From contig CAIKXE010000007.1 in assembly GCA_903831305.1 (NCBI GenBank), positions 1-39,360 of the forward strand: 39,360 bases of DNA, read 5' to 3'. This document shows, piece by piece, positions 22,386 to 31,859 of this stretch (positions are counted from its first letter, which is position 1; each line of letters opens with the position of its first letter). Origin of the DNA: an uncultured bacterium (lineage in GTDB: Bacteria > Patescibacteriota > Minisyncoccia > Phycocordibacterales > GWA1-40-21). The position numbers and the translations under genes were made by a program. Below the pieces are notes generated by a model. That model ran no database searches and was not told the DNA's origin. It saw only the letters and a list, made by a program, of their open reading frames with translations.

Positions 22386-24986
22386 ATGAAGAAAACAAAA
22401 GTACAATTTGATAACGGTGATGAAAAGATCATTATCCGTGGTGCCCGAACTCACAACTTGAAAAATGTGAGTGTGGAAATGCCGCGGAATAAAATGATCG
22501 CTTTTACGGGGCTATCTGGTTCCGGTAAAAGCTCTTTAGCTTTTGATACTATTTTTGCCGAGGGACAGAGGCGTTATATTGAATCCCTGTCATCTTACGC
22601 CCGTCAGTTTTTACGTCAGATGCAGAAGCCGGATGTGGATGAGATCTTGGGTTTGTCTCCAGCTATTTCTATTGATCAGAAATCTCGTTCTAACAATCCC
22701 CGTTCCACCGTGGCCACCATCACGGAAATTTATGATTACCTGCGTATTTTGTATGCGCGCATCGGCCGGCCACACTGCTTGGTCTGTGATCGGGAAATTA
22801 AAAAACTGTCTAATGAAGAAATTTTGGAGACTATTATCAAGACAGTCACCTCTACTAATTTGGATAAAAGCACCAAGCTCGTTTTGGGTGTGCCCTATAC
22901 GGATACTAAGGTAAAAATATTTTCACCGGTGGTAGTGGGGCGGAAGGGTGAGTATTATCAGTTGCTTTATGATTTACTGAGCAAGGGTTATGAGTGGGTC
23001 AAGATAGATGGTGAGATGAAAAAGCTCCGTGACCAGATTATCTTGTCTAAGACGAAAAAGCATAATATTGATGTCTTGGTGGATGAGTTTTATGTCAGTG
23101 AATTTAAGGAGAAGGATAAAAAAGGACCGACCAAGGAGAGGTTAAGCGAGGCGATTGAAAAAGCGATCGATGAGAGTAAGGGCTTGCTTAAAATTGAGAC
23201 GGATGGCCAGGAGAAAATGATGTCCGTAAAATTTATGTGTCCTTATGACGGTTATTCTTATCCGGAGATTGAACCCAGACTTTTTTCTTTCAACTCACCT
23301 TATGGGGCGTGCCCAGAGTGTAACGGCCTAGGGACCAAACATTTTTTTGGGGAGGAGAGGTGTGATATCTGTAACGGCGCAAGGCTACGTGAGGAAGCTT
23401 TGCACGTATTACTAAACGGTAAAAGTATTGTGGCTCTGACGGCGTTATCCATCACGGATGCCAAAGTCTTTTTTGATAGTTTGAAATTGACGGAGTTAGA
23501 AAAAGAGATTTCCAATGTGATTGTTAAAGAGATTGATGATCGGCTGAAATTTATGATGGACGTGGGGATTGAATATTTGTCCTTGGACCGCCGAGCTCAT
23601 ACGCTCTCTGGTGGTGAAGCACAGCGAATACGGCTTGCGTCACAGCTTGGCTCAGGCTTGGTGGGGGCGCTATACGTGCTGGATGAACCTACTATCGGTC
23701 TCCATTCACGAGACAATGACCGCTTGATTAAAACCTTGATTGAACTGCGGGATTTGGGTAACACTATCATTGTGGTGGAACATGATGAAGATACTATTTA
23801 TTCTTCAGATTATTTGGTGGATATTGGTCCGGGGGCAGGGGTACACGGCGGAGAAATAATAGTCTCTGGTTATTTGGATAAGTTACTGACGGAAAAGACA
23901 AATTCTTCTGGTTCAGTCACTTTGGACTATTTGCGCGGTGATAAAAAGATAGAGATTCCTGAGAAAAGGCGAGATTCTGATAAAGGGGCTTTAAAAATCC
24001 GAGGAGGCAATATTTTCAATATTAAAAATCTAAACGTGGATGTGCCACTTGGTAAAATAGTCTGTGTGACTGGGGTGTCTGGCTCGGGTAAATCTTCCTT
24101 TGTCTATGAGATTATAAATAAAAATCTAGAAGCCCGCTTTACTAAGCGTCACCGTACCAATGAAGTTTATAATTGTAAAAGCTTTACCGGGACAGAATAT
24201 GTCAGCCGAGTTATTCTGATAGACCAGTCACCGATCGGCCGGACACCACGCTCTAACCCCGCTACTTATACTGGGGCTTGGACGCATATTCGGGATATGT
24301 TTGCTATGAGTGTGGAGGCCAAAGCACGCGGGTGGAAGTCTAACCGCTTTTCCTTTAACGTAAAAGGTGGACGTTGTGAAGCTTGTGAAGGAAACGGGAT
24401 GATAGAAGTGGAGATGCATTTCTTGCCGACAGTTTATGTCCCCTGTGATGTCTGTAATGGTAAGCGTTTTACCAAAGAGACTTTGGAGGTAAAATATCAG
24501 AAGAAAAACATTCATGAAGTACTGGAGATGACGGTGGAAGAGGCCCTGAAATTTTTTGAAAATTTGCCGGCCATTTATGACCGGCTCAAAGCCTTACACG
24601 ATGTGGGTTTGGGTTACTTAAAGTTGGGTCAGAGCGCTACTACTCTGTCTGGTGGAGAAGCGCAACGGGTGAAGATTGCTTCTGAACTTTATAAACCGCA
24701 CTTACAAAAAACTGTTTATCTTTTAGACGAGCCGACTATTGGTCTGCATTATGAAGACGTGAAAAAGTTGATTGAAATCATGGAGAGACTGGTGGACTCT
24801 GGTAATACGGTTATCATCATTGAGCATAATATGGATATTATTAAAAGTGCGGATTATGTGATAGATATTGGTACTGAGGGCGGGGATAAAGGCGGGGAAG
24901 TGGTGGCCAAGGGAACGCCGGAGGACATTGCTAATAATATAAAAAGTTATACGGGCAAATATTTGAAGAGACATCTAAATAGGTAG
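22386..24986 (+). CDS. uvrA: Excinuclease ABC subunit UvrA
   Basis: 866 aa. GLSGSGKSSLAFDTIFAEGQRRY, two ABC modules (LSGGEAQR twice), and zinc modules CPECNGLG and CEACEGNG. Confidence 0.95.
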   Translation: MKKTKVQFDNGDEKIIIRGARTHNLKNVSVEMPRNKMIAFTGLSGSGKSSLAFDTIFAEGQRRYIESLSSYARQFLRQMQKPDVDEILGLSPAISIDQKSRSNNPRSTVATITEIYDYLRILYARIGRPHCLVCDREIKKLSNEEILETIIKTVTSTNLDKSTKLVLGVPYTDTKVKIFSPVVVGRKGEYYQLLYDLLSKGYEWVKIDGEMKKLRDQIILSKTKKHNIDVLVDEFYVSEFKEKDKKGPTKERLSEAIEKAIDESKGLLKIETDGQEKMMSVKFMCPYDGYSYPEIEPRLFSFNSPYGACPECNGLGTKHFFGEERCDICNGARLREEALHVLLNGKSIVALTALSITDAKVFFDSLKLTELEKEISNVIVKEIDDRLKFMMDVGIEYLSLDRRAHTLSGGEAQRIRLASQLGSGLVGALYVLDEPTIGLHSRDNDRLIKTLIELRDLGNTIIVVEHDEDTIYSSDYLVDIGPGAGVHGGEIIVSGYLDKLLTEKTNSSGSVTLDYLRGDKKIEIPEKRRDSDKGALKIRGGNIFNIKNLNVDVPLGKIVCVTGVSGSGKSSFVYEIINKNLEARFTKRHRTNEVYNCKSFTGTEYVSRVILIDQSPIGRTPRSNPATYTGAWTHIRDMFAMSVEAKARGWKSNRFSFNVKGGRCEACEGNGMIEVEMHFLPTVYVPCDVCNGKRFTKETLEVKYQKKNIHEVLEMTVEEALKFFENLPAIYDRLKALHDVGLGYLKLGQSATTLSGGEAQRVKIASELYKPHLQKTVYLLDEPTIGLHYEDVKKLIEIMERLVDSGNTVIIIEHNMDIIKSADYVIDIGTEGGDKGGEVVAKGTPEDIANNIKSYTGKYLKRHLNR

Positions 24987-24994
24987 AAACAATT

Positions 24995-25019
24995 CGCCGC
25001 CCATGTCCAATGGGCGGCG
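24995..25019. terminator. Shared hairpin terminator between convergent uvrA and 25042-25290
   Basis: cgccgccca/tgggcggcg 9-bp GC-rich stem with a 7-nt loop. Confidence 0.55.
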
Positions 25020-25041
25020 TGAGATTGTGGTGTGGTCTGAC

Positions 25042-25290
25042 CTAGTGCCAGGAGAGGTAGGCGAAGGCGGAGAAACAGAAGACCATCATGAGTCGGAACA
25101 GATATGGGCCAAGAAAGGCCCACCAGCTCTTGATCTTTCTCTGGCCTTCGGTCATGCTTGTGCCAAACGAGGTGATCACTTGCTCCATATCGCTTGCGGC
25201 TTCGTTGATGTCATTTCGGGCAAGCTTTGCCATGTCGCACAGAAGCCAAACGGCCAGTGACCCAAAGACCAACGACATTACATAACCCAT
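25042..25290 (-). CDS. Small two-TM membrane protein (GC-rich mini-gene, 82 aa)
   Basis: ATG preceded by GAAGGAAAA. Hydrophobic N-terminal (VMSLVFGSLAVWLLC) and C-terminal (WWAFLGPYLFRLMMVFCFSAFAYLSW) segments flank a polar helical core. Confidence 0.55.
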   Translation of the reverse strand: MGYVMSLVFGSLAVWLLCDMAKLARNDINEAASDMEQVITSFGTSMTEGQRKIKSWWAFLGPYLFRLMMVFCFSAFAYLSWH

Positions 25291-25322
25291 GTGCGTTTTC
25301 CTTCTCTCTACCTAATTCATCT

Positions 25323-25351
25323 TTGACTAGAACAAATTCTTCTTGTATAGT
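25323..25351 (+). promoter_or_regulatory. Sigma70 promoter for uvrC (predicts a near-leaderless mRNA)
   Basis: TTGACT (25323-25328), 17-nt spacer, TATAGT (25346-25351). The uvrC ATG at 25361 is only 9 nt past the -10, and there is no SD. Confidence 0.55.
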
Positions 25352-25360
25352 AACCAGACA

Positions 25361-26584
25361 ATGATAAAAAGTCAAGACTTAAAGAAGTATCATCTGCCCG
25401 ACGCACCAGGAGTGTATTTTTTTAAAGCTGGAAATCGGGTGTTGTATATTGGCAAAGCGACATCACTCAAGGATCGGGTGAAAAGCTATTTTTCAATTGA
25501 CTTGATCAGCACTCGGGGTCCCTTATTGGTGGATTTAATTTACAAAGCTAATAAGATTGACTTTATTAAAACAGATTCGGTTTTGGAAGCGGTTATATTG
25601 GAGGCTAATTTAATAAAAAAACATCAGCCTAAATATAATACTAAGGAAAAAGATAATAAAAGTTTTAATTATGTAGTAATCACAAAGGAAGACTTTCCCA
25701 GAGTTTTGATTGTGCGAGGAAGGGAAATTGATAAGGGTCTGCCCTATGTTATTAAAAATAAATTCGGGCCATTTACCAATGGTACCGCCTTGAAAAGTGC
25801 TTTAAAAATAGTTCGACACATATTTCCGTTTCGGGATCGCTGCGTACCTCATTCTAGCCATCCTTGTTTTAATTATCAAATTGGTCTTTGCCCTGGTATT
25901 TGTACTGATGCTATTAGTAAAAGGGATTATCAGAGAGTTATCAGAAATATCAAATTGTTTTTTGAAGGTAAAAAGAGTCAGGTGATTCGTACTTTAAAAG
26001 GAGAAATGAAAGCATTCGCCAAAAGAGGCGAATATGAAAATGCAGGGCAGACGAGAAATAAAATCTTCTCTCTCAATCATATTCAGGATGTGGCACTTCT
26101 TCCCTCATTGGATAAGGAGGGATTAAGGGAGGTGGGGGAATCTTTCCGTATTGAGGCTTATGATGCCGCTCATTTGTCTGGTACAAATAATGTGGGGGTG
26201 ATGGTGGTGATGGAGCGTGGAGAATATAAGAAATCAGATTATCGAAAATTTAAAATCCAAAACAGTAAAGGAAACGATACAGGGGCTTTAGCTGAGATGC
26301 TTAACCGCCGGTTGGGGCATGCAGAATGGCCGTATCCAAACTTGGTGGTGGTAGACGGTGGGCTGGCACAACTTAATATAGCAAGGAAAATTACCCGTCA
26401 ACATCGTATGTTGACGCCTATAGTGGCGGTGACCAAGGATGATCACCACAAGTCTAAGGCTATCATTGGTGATGAGGCGATAGTAAGTAAATATAAGAGT
26501 CAAATTTTGCAGATAAATAATGAGGCCCACCGTTTTGCTGTCAAATATCATCGGTCTAAGAGTCAGTTAAAATATATTGACTAG
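25361..26584 (+). CDS. uvrC: Excinuclease ABC subunit UvrC (short, 407 aa; no C-terminal HhH2 region)
   Basis: GIY-YIG domain (GVYFFKAGNRVLYIGKATSLKDRVKSYF), UVR motif region (..KGEMKAFAKRGEYENAGQTRNKI..) and the RNase H-like endonuclease domain (IEAYDAAHLSG.., VVVDGGLAQL, NEAHRFAVKYHR). The protein ends right after that domain. Confidence 0.9.
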   Translation: MIKSQDLKKYHLPDAPGVYFFKAGNRVLYIGKATSLKDRVKSYFSIDLISTRGPLLVDLIYKANKIDFIKTDSVLEAVILEANLIKKHQPKYNTKEKDNKSFNYVVITKEDFPRVLIVRGREIDKGLPYVIKNKFGPFTNGTALKSALKIVRHIFPFRDRCVPHSSHPCFNYQIGLCPGICTDAISKRDYQRVIRNIKLFFEGKKSQVIRTLKGEMKAFAKRGEYENAGQTRNKIFSLNHIQDVALLPSLDKEGLREVGESFRIEAYDAAHLSGTNNVGVMVVMERGEYKKSDYRKFKIQNSKGNDTGALAEMLNRRLGHAEWPYPNLVVVDGGLAQLNIARKITRQHRMLTPIVAVTKDDHHKSKAIIGDEAIVSKYKSQILQINNEAHRFAVKYHRSKSQLKYID

Positions 26585-26664
26585 TTACTTTGTTTTGTGC
26601 ATAATACCCACTAGAAATCATAGCATTTCGCTGTGGTAGAGATGAATAAAAAGGAGGGTACATT

Positions 26665-26826
26665 GTGAACAAGCATCATCGGGGTGGTCGTGAAGCCACG
26701 AGCCGGGAGTCAGGCTGGCTATGGGGGCTACTGCTGGTGGCCATCATTGTCGCGGTTTTTATTATGATCGCAGGACTTCAACCGTCGGCCGTCGCCAAGA
26801 CACCGGTTACGACGGGTAGTAGATGA
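26665..26826 (+). CDS. Candidate 53-aa single-TM protein (GC-rich mini-gene, below the ORF-track cutoff)
   Basis: Manual translation from GTG: (M)NKHHRGGREATSRESGWLWGLLLVAIIVAVFIMIAGLQPSAVAKTPVTTGSR. AAGGAGGG lies 7-8 nt upstream, and a terminator follows. Confidence 0.45.
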   Translation: MNKHHRGGREATSRESGWLWGLLLVAIIVAVFIMIAGLQPSAVAKTPVTTGSR

Positions 26827-26845
26827 TGTCAAAACAAGAAAGGGA

Positions 26846-26875
26846 AAAGGCTCACGGTGCACACCGTGAGCCTTT
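26846..26875 (+). terminator. Intrinsic terminator
   Basis: aaaggctcacggtg/caccgtgagccttt, a near-perfect palindromic 14-nt arm pair. Confidence 0.6.
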
Positions 26876-26923
26876 CAAGTTTAAATTTTGTAAATATGGA
26901 TAGGGGTATGATATAATATTTAC

Positions 26924-27889
26924 ATGACTAAGAAAAAAGTGGGAGTGCTCCGGGGTGGGCCATCTAGTGAATATGAAGTGTCACTTAAAACCGGTAAATC
27001 CGTGATTGATTCTTTAGCTGACCGGTATACGGTGTTGGATATTTTTATAGATAAAAGTGGTGTTTGGCATTATCTAGGAGCGCCCATAGCACCAGAGAAG
27101 ATATTTAAAAAGGTGGATGTTATTTTCAATGCTTTACACGGCGCTTACGGTGAAGATGGCACTGTCCAGAAACTTTTAGATAATTACAGTATTCCTTATA
27201 CCGGTTCTCGGGCTCTGGCCTCTGCAGTGGGGATGAATAAAGCACTATCTAAAAAGGTTTATAAAAATTATGATTTAAAAACCCCGCTCTCTGTGATAGT
27301 CACGGCTACGGATTGTTCCAGTGGAGAACTTTTAAACTTATTTAAGTCCTTTCCTATGCCAGCCGTGGTCAAGCCGGTTTCTGGCGGATCATCCGTCGGT
27401 ACCGCTATCGCTAAAACTTTGGCTGATTTGGAGCTAGCCGTGGCTGATGCCTTAAAATATTCTCGTCAGGCTCTGATAGAGGAATTTATTGCTGGTAAGG
27501 AGGCAACTTGTGGCGTGGTGGATGAGTTTCGGGATGAGGAAATATATTCATTATTACCAGTAGAGATTAGAAAACCTTTTGGTTCTGCTTTTTTTGATTA
27601 TCAGGCCAAGTATGGTGGACAGTCACAGGAAATTTGTCCTGGTAATTTTACGCCTAAGGAGAAAAAGGAGATTCAAGATATGGCTCGGCAAGCTCACAAA
27701 GCTTTAGGACTCCGTCACTATTCACGTTCAGATTTTATCATCCATCCTAAGCGGGGGATATACATTTTAGAGACCAATACTCTACCTGGTCTAACTAGCG
27801 AATCCATATTACCCAAGTCTCTTCAGGCCGTTGGCTGTTCACTCCCAGATTTCCTAGACCATCTGATTATCTTGGCCTTAAAAAAGTAG
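26924..27889 (+). CDS. ddl: D-alanine--D-alanine ligase
   Basis: 321 aa ATP-grasp protein. KVGVLRGGPSSEYEVSL, FNALHGAYGEDGTVQ, VVKPVSGGSSVG and LETNTLPGLT. Confidence 0.95.
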   Translation: MTKKKVGVLRGGPSSEYEVSLKTGKSVIDSLADRYTVLDIFIDKSGVWHYLGAPIAPEKIFKKVDVIFNALHGAYGEDGTVQKLLDNYSIPYTGSRALASAVGMNKALSKKVYKNYDLKTPLSVIVTATDCSSGELLNLFKSFPMPAVVKPVSGGSSVGTAIAKTLADLELAVADALKYSRQALIEEFIAGKEATCGVVDEFRDEEIYSLLPVEIRKPFGSAFFDYQAKYGGQSQEICPGNFTPKEKKEIQDMARQAHKALGLRHYSRSDFIIHPKRGIYILETNTLPGLTSESILPKSLQAVGCSLPDFLDHLIILALKK

Positions 27890-27895
27890 GATAAC

Positions 27896-27929
27896 AAAAA
27901 ACCCGGTTCCTGGCGGAAGCGGGTTTTTT
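27896..27929. terminator. Bidirectional intrinsic terminator between convergent ddl and csp
   Basis: aaaaaacccg/cgggtttttt outer stem with an inner ttcc/ggaa helix, flanked by an A-run and a T-run. A second hairpin, attact-t-gcgtc/gacgc-t-agtaat, lies at about 27938-27966. Confidence 0.75.
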
Positions 27930-27964
27930 GCTTACTATTACTTGCGTCACGAAGACGCTAGTAA

Positions 27965-28165
27965 TTAGGCTTTGGTCACGTTGACAGCTGCTGGGCCCTT
28001 TGGGGTCTCTTCAGTGTCAAATGATACAGCGTCTCCTTCTCTTAGGTCAGCGAAAGCAACACCAGAAAGGGAATTGCTATGGAAAAATAAATCCTTAGCT
28101 AAACCTTCAGCGGTGATGAAACCGAAACCTTTGTCAGAGACCAATTTCTTAATTGTACCGGTCAT
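27965..28165 (-). CDS. cspA: Cold-shock protein (CspA family)
   Basis: 66 aa. KGFGFI (RNP1) and DLFFHSN (RNP2-like); typical CSD length. Confidence 0.95.
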   Translation of the reverse strand: MTGTIKKLVSDKGFGFITAEGLAKDLFFHSNSLSGVAFADLREGDAVSFDTEETPKGPAAVNVTKA

Positions 28166-28253
28166 TGATTATTGTTTATTTGATAAAATACAAACGAACG
28201 TTATGCTCTAAAAATCGACTAATTTTTTGCGACACACCTCTATTTGTTATTCA

Positions 28254-28282
28254 AGTATAGCATATCTGATTTTTTCTGTCAA
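28254..28282 (-). promoter_or_regulatory. Consensus sigma70 promoter for csp
   Basis: On the minus strand: TTGACA (28277-28282), 17-nt spacer, TATACT (28254-28259). Predicts a 5' UTR of about 80 nt. Confidence 0.6.
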
Positions 28283-28620
28283 GCTGATTTTACAAATAGG
28301 CTGGGACAATCCTTTTTTTGGCTGTGGATAAAGTCCTTGACAATATATGTATATTAGTATAGGCTACTTTTACATTAGCAAGATTGAGTCACGGGGGAAA
28401 GAATTAGTAGCATAATTAATTTGACTTGCTTATCATAAGAAAAAGATAAATTTTATCAATTTGTAAGACGCCTTTGTCGGAGAGGTGTTTTTTGTGTCGT
28501 ATCAGTAATTTAACAAGAGAAAATAAAAACTATTTAAATTTTTTTGTCCAGACCCAACCAGACTAAAAAAATTCAAATATTTCTTATTTTCTATCAGTTT
28601 ATTAACAAGGAAGAAAAAAT

Positions 28621-31600
28621 ATGAAATCAGTCAAAAGAGAGAAAAAGTATTTTGGAAAGTTCAAGGCGCCACTTATCAGTACCCCAAATATGGTTTCTCA
28701 CCAGACCGAGTCTTTCAAGTGGCTTTTGGAGAAAGGTCTCGCTGAGGTGTTTAAGGAATTTTCACCGATCCGGGACTATGCGGAGAAAAAGTTTGAGCTT
28801 TCTTTCTCGGCTTTTGAAATCACCAAGCCCAAGTATGACGAGCATTATGCTAAGGACAATAAAATGTCCTATGAAGGCAAGCTCTCTGCTAAGGTAAAAT
28901 TAAAGAATAAAATCCTCTCCACGGAAAAGGAACAAGAAATCTTTTTGACTGATATTCCGCTAATGACTGATCACGGTACCTTTGTCATCAATGGTATTGA
29001 AAGAGTTATCGTGCCACAGCTGGCGCGCTCCTTTGGTATGTTCTTTACGACGAATGAAGTAAAAGGCAAAGCTTACTTTGGAGCTAAAATCATTCCTTCC
29101 CGTGGTGCTTGGATTGAGATCGAGTCTGATGCCGATGATTTGATTTATGTAAAGATTGATAAGAAGAGGAAATTTTCTATCATCTCTCTTTTGCGTGTGA
29201 TGGGGGCAACAGATAAAGAGATAGTAGAGTACTTTAAGACTGATGACATGTCCCAAAAGGCCATGGAGGTAAACCTAGCCAAAGATCATGCCAAGACTGC
29301 TGATGAATCATATGTAGAGATCTACAAGCGCTTGCGTGATGGTGATCTAGCCACGGCTGAGAATGCTAAAGAGTTTATCAATGGTATTTTCAGTGCTGAC
29401 CGCTATGATATTTCCAAGGTGGGACGTTTCCGCTTTAACAAGCGTTTTGGTAAAGTGATGGAAGGTAAGGAACTAGAGCGCAAGACAATAAACCTGGATG
29501 ACCTTTTTACTATCATCGCTAAGATCGTTTCTCTAAACCATGATGAGGATGCGGTGGAAGATGATATTGACCACCTTGGTTCTAGACGCGTGCGTTTTGT
29601 GGGAGAACTTTTCCAGTCCAAAATCCGCATCGGTATGTCTCAGATGAAGAGAAATATCCAGGACCGTATGTCTACTGTGGATCCAGACATCACCATGCCG
29701 GTAAACTTTATTTCCCCACGACCACTCCAAGCCCGAATCAAGGAATTTTTCACTACCAACCAGCTATCACAGTTTATGGCGCAGGAAAATATCTTGCAAG
29801 AAATCGAGCATCTCCGGACTTTGTCTGCGCTCGGACCCGGCGGACTCACTCGTGAGCGTGCCGGCTTTGAAGTGCGTGACGTGCACCCTAGTCACTATGG
29901 TCGCGTTTGCCCTATCCATACGCCTGAAGGACCAAACATTGGTTTGATTTTGCGTTTGTCCGTCTATGCTCGCGTGAACGACTTTGGTATGATTGAGACT
30001 CCTTATGCTAAAGTCAAACACGGTGTAGTCACAGATGAAGTAAAATATTTAAATGCTTTAGAAGAAGAGAACTTCAAGATTGCCCACTTTGCTACCAAAG
30101 TGGATGCCAAGAGTAAAATAATTGATGAAGAGGTGGAGGTCCGCGTGAACGGTATTCCGACCGTGGTAAAGAGTAATGAAGTGGACTTTATGGATGTGGC
30201 CACTAATCAGGCTTTCTCCATTGCTACTTCCATGATTCCTTTCTTAAACCATGATGATGCTAACCGCGCCTTGATGGGTTCGAACATGCAGAAGCAGGCG
30301 GTACCATGTCTTCGACCAGAAGCCCCACTCGTGGCTACTGGTATTGAAGAGGAAGCCGCTCGTTACACCGGTAGACTGATCTATGCGGAAGAGGCTGGTG
30401 AGGTCACCTATTTGGATTCCAAGAAAATTGTTATCACTAATGATAGCAAGAAAGAGAAAGAATATAATCTGATTCAATTCTCCCGAACCAACAGCTTTAC
30501 CGTTTTTCACCAGAGGCCAGTTGTATCTTTAGGTCAGAAAGTAAAGAAGGGTGAACTCTTGGCTGATACTTCATCTTCGGATAAGGGTCAGACCTCCATC
30601 GGTCAAAATATTTTGATTGCCTTTATGTCTTGGTCAGGAAGTAACTATGAGGATGCTATTATATTGTCTGAAAGATTAGTCAAGGATAGTAAATTTACCT
30701 CTATTCACATTGAAGAGTTTGTGGTAAACGTGCGTGATACCAAGCTTGGACCAGAGGTCACCACTCATGATATTCCAAACGTCGGTGAAGCTAAATTAAA
30801 GAACTTGGATGAAGACGGTGTGGTCCGGGTGGGAGCTGAGGTTCGCCCTGGGGACATCATCGTCGGTAAAATCACCCCTAAGGGTGAGACTCAGTTGACC
30901 CCAGAAGAGAGATTGCTCCGGTCTATCTTTGGTGAGAAGGCTCGTGATGTAAAGGATACTTCCAAGAGACTGGAAGGAGGTAAGAAAGGCAGAATTGTTT
31001 CCGTCAAAGTATTTTCTCGTGAAAAAGGAGACAAACTAGAAAGTGGAATTATCAAGAGAATCCATATTGAGGTGGCGGAACTCCGCAGTATTTCCGTGGG
31101 AGACAAGCTCTCCGGACGCCACGGTAACAAGGGAGTTATTTCCAAGATTTTGCCAGAAGAGGATATGCCATATATGCCAGACGGCCGACCTGTGGATATG
31201 ATCCTTACCCCACTCGGTGTGCCTTCTCGTATGAACTTGGGACAGATTTTGGAGCTTCACTTGGGACTCGCCGCTAACACTTTGAATTATCAAGCTATCG
31301 TGCCACCATTTGCTGGTGCTACCGATGCGGAGATCAAAGCCGAGTTAGTCAAAGCTGGTTTCCAAGAAAGCGGTAAAATGAAACTTTATGATGGCCGAAC
31401 GGGTGAAAAGTTTAACCAGGAAGTCGCCGTGGGTTATATGTATATCTTGAAACTGCACCATGAAGTGGAAGACAAGATCCACATGCGATCCATCGGTCCG
31501 TACTCTCTCATTACTCAACAGCCTTTGGGAGGACGGGCTCAAGGAGGAGGACAGCGCTTTGGAGAAATGGAAGTCTGGGCCTTGCTTGGTCACGGTGCCG

Positions 31601-31827
31601 CTTATACCTTGCGTGAAATGCTCACCATCAAATCCGATGATATCGTCGGTCGTTCTGCCGCCTTTGATTCTATTGTGAAGGGCGAGCGTATCAAGCAACC
31701 AAATATTCCCGCTTCGTTTAACGTGCTTCTCAATAACCTGAGAGGTCTAGGGCTCGACGTTGAACTCTTAAAAAATTCTCCTGGTAACGGTAAAAAACCC
31801 GTTTCCTTTGAGGAAGAGGAGAGATAA
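28621..31827 (+). CDS. rpoB: DNA-directed RNA polymerase subunit beta
   Basis: 1068 aa with conserved blocks, e.g. SALGPGGLTRERAGFEVRDVH, NMQKQAVP, GRHGNKGVISKI and GEMEVWAL. Confidence 0.97.
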   Translation: MKSVKREKKYFGKFKAPLISTPNMVSHQTESFKWLLEKGLAEVFKEFSPIRDYAEKKFELSFSAFEITKPKYDEHYAKDNKMSYEGKLSAKVKLKNKILSTEKEQEIFLTDIPLMTDHGTFVINGIERVIVPQLARSFGMFFTTNEVKGKAYFGAKIIPSRGAWIEIESDADDLIYVKIDKKRKFSIISLLRVMGATDKEIVEYFKTDDMSQKAMEVNLAKDHAKTADESYVEIYKRLRDGDLATAENAKEFINGIFSADRYDISKVGRFRFNKRFGKVMEGKELERKTINLDDLFTIIAKIVSLNHDEDAVEDDIDHLGSRRVRFVGELFQSKIRIGMSQMKRNIQDRMSTVDPDITMPVNFISPRPLQARIKEFFTTNQLSQFMAQENILQEIEHLRTLSALGPGGLTRERAGFEVRDVHPSHYGRVCPIHTPEGPNIGLILRLSVYARVNDFGMIETPYAKVKHGVVTDEVKYLNALEEENFKIAHFATKVDAKSKIIDEEVEVRVNGIPTVVKSNEVDFMDVATNQAFSIATSMIPFLNHDDANRALMGSNMQKQAVPCLRPEAPLVATGIEEEAARYTGRLIYAEEAGEVTYLDSKKIVITNDSKKEKEYNLIQFSRTNSFTVFHQRPVVSLGQKVKKGELLADTSSSDKGQTSIGQNILIAFMSWSGSNYEDAIILSERLVKDSKFTSIHIEEFVVNVRDTKLGPEVTTHDIPNVGEAKLKNLDEDGVVRVGAEVRPGDIIVGKITPKGETQLTPEERLLRSIFGEKARDVKDTSKRLEGGKKGRIVSVKVFSREKGDKLESGIIKRIHIEVAELRSISVGDKLSGRHGNKGVISKILPEEDMPYMPDGRPVDMILTPLGVPSRMNLGQILELHLGLAANTLNYQAIVPPFAGATDAEIKAELVKAGFQESGKMKLYDGRTGEKFNQEVAVGYMYILKLHHEVEDKIHMRSIGPYSLITQQPLGGRAQGGGQRFGEMEVWALLGHGAAYTLREMLTIKSDDIVGRSAAFDSIVKGERIKQPNIPASFNVLLNNLRGLGLDVELLKNSPGNGKKPVSFEEEER

Positions 31828-31859
31828 AAGCAAAATCATAATTAAACAAAAACAAAAAT

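Noticed and set aside
25003-25285. Plus-strand ORFs (85 and 65 aa) antisense to 25042-25290
   Set aside because: The first start codon sits in the loop of the uvrA terminator hairpin with no RBS. The minus-strand frame encodes a coherent two-TM protein with an RBS.
28337-28365. TTGACA box as the rpoB promoter
   Set aside because: There is no acceptable -10 hexamer at 16-18 nt spacing (the best is TATAGG at 15 nt). I mention it only in a finding and do not annotate it as a feature.
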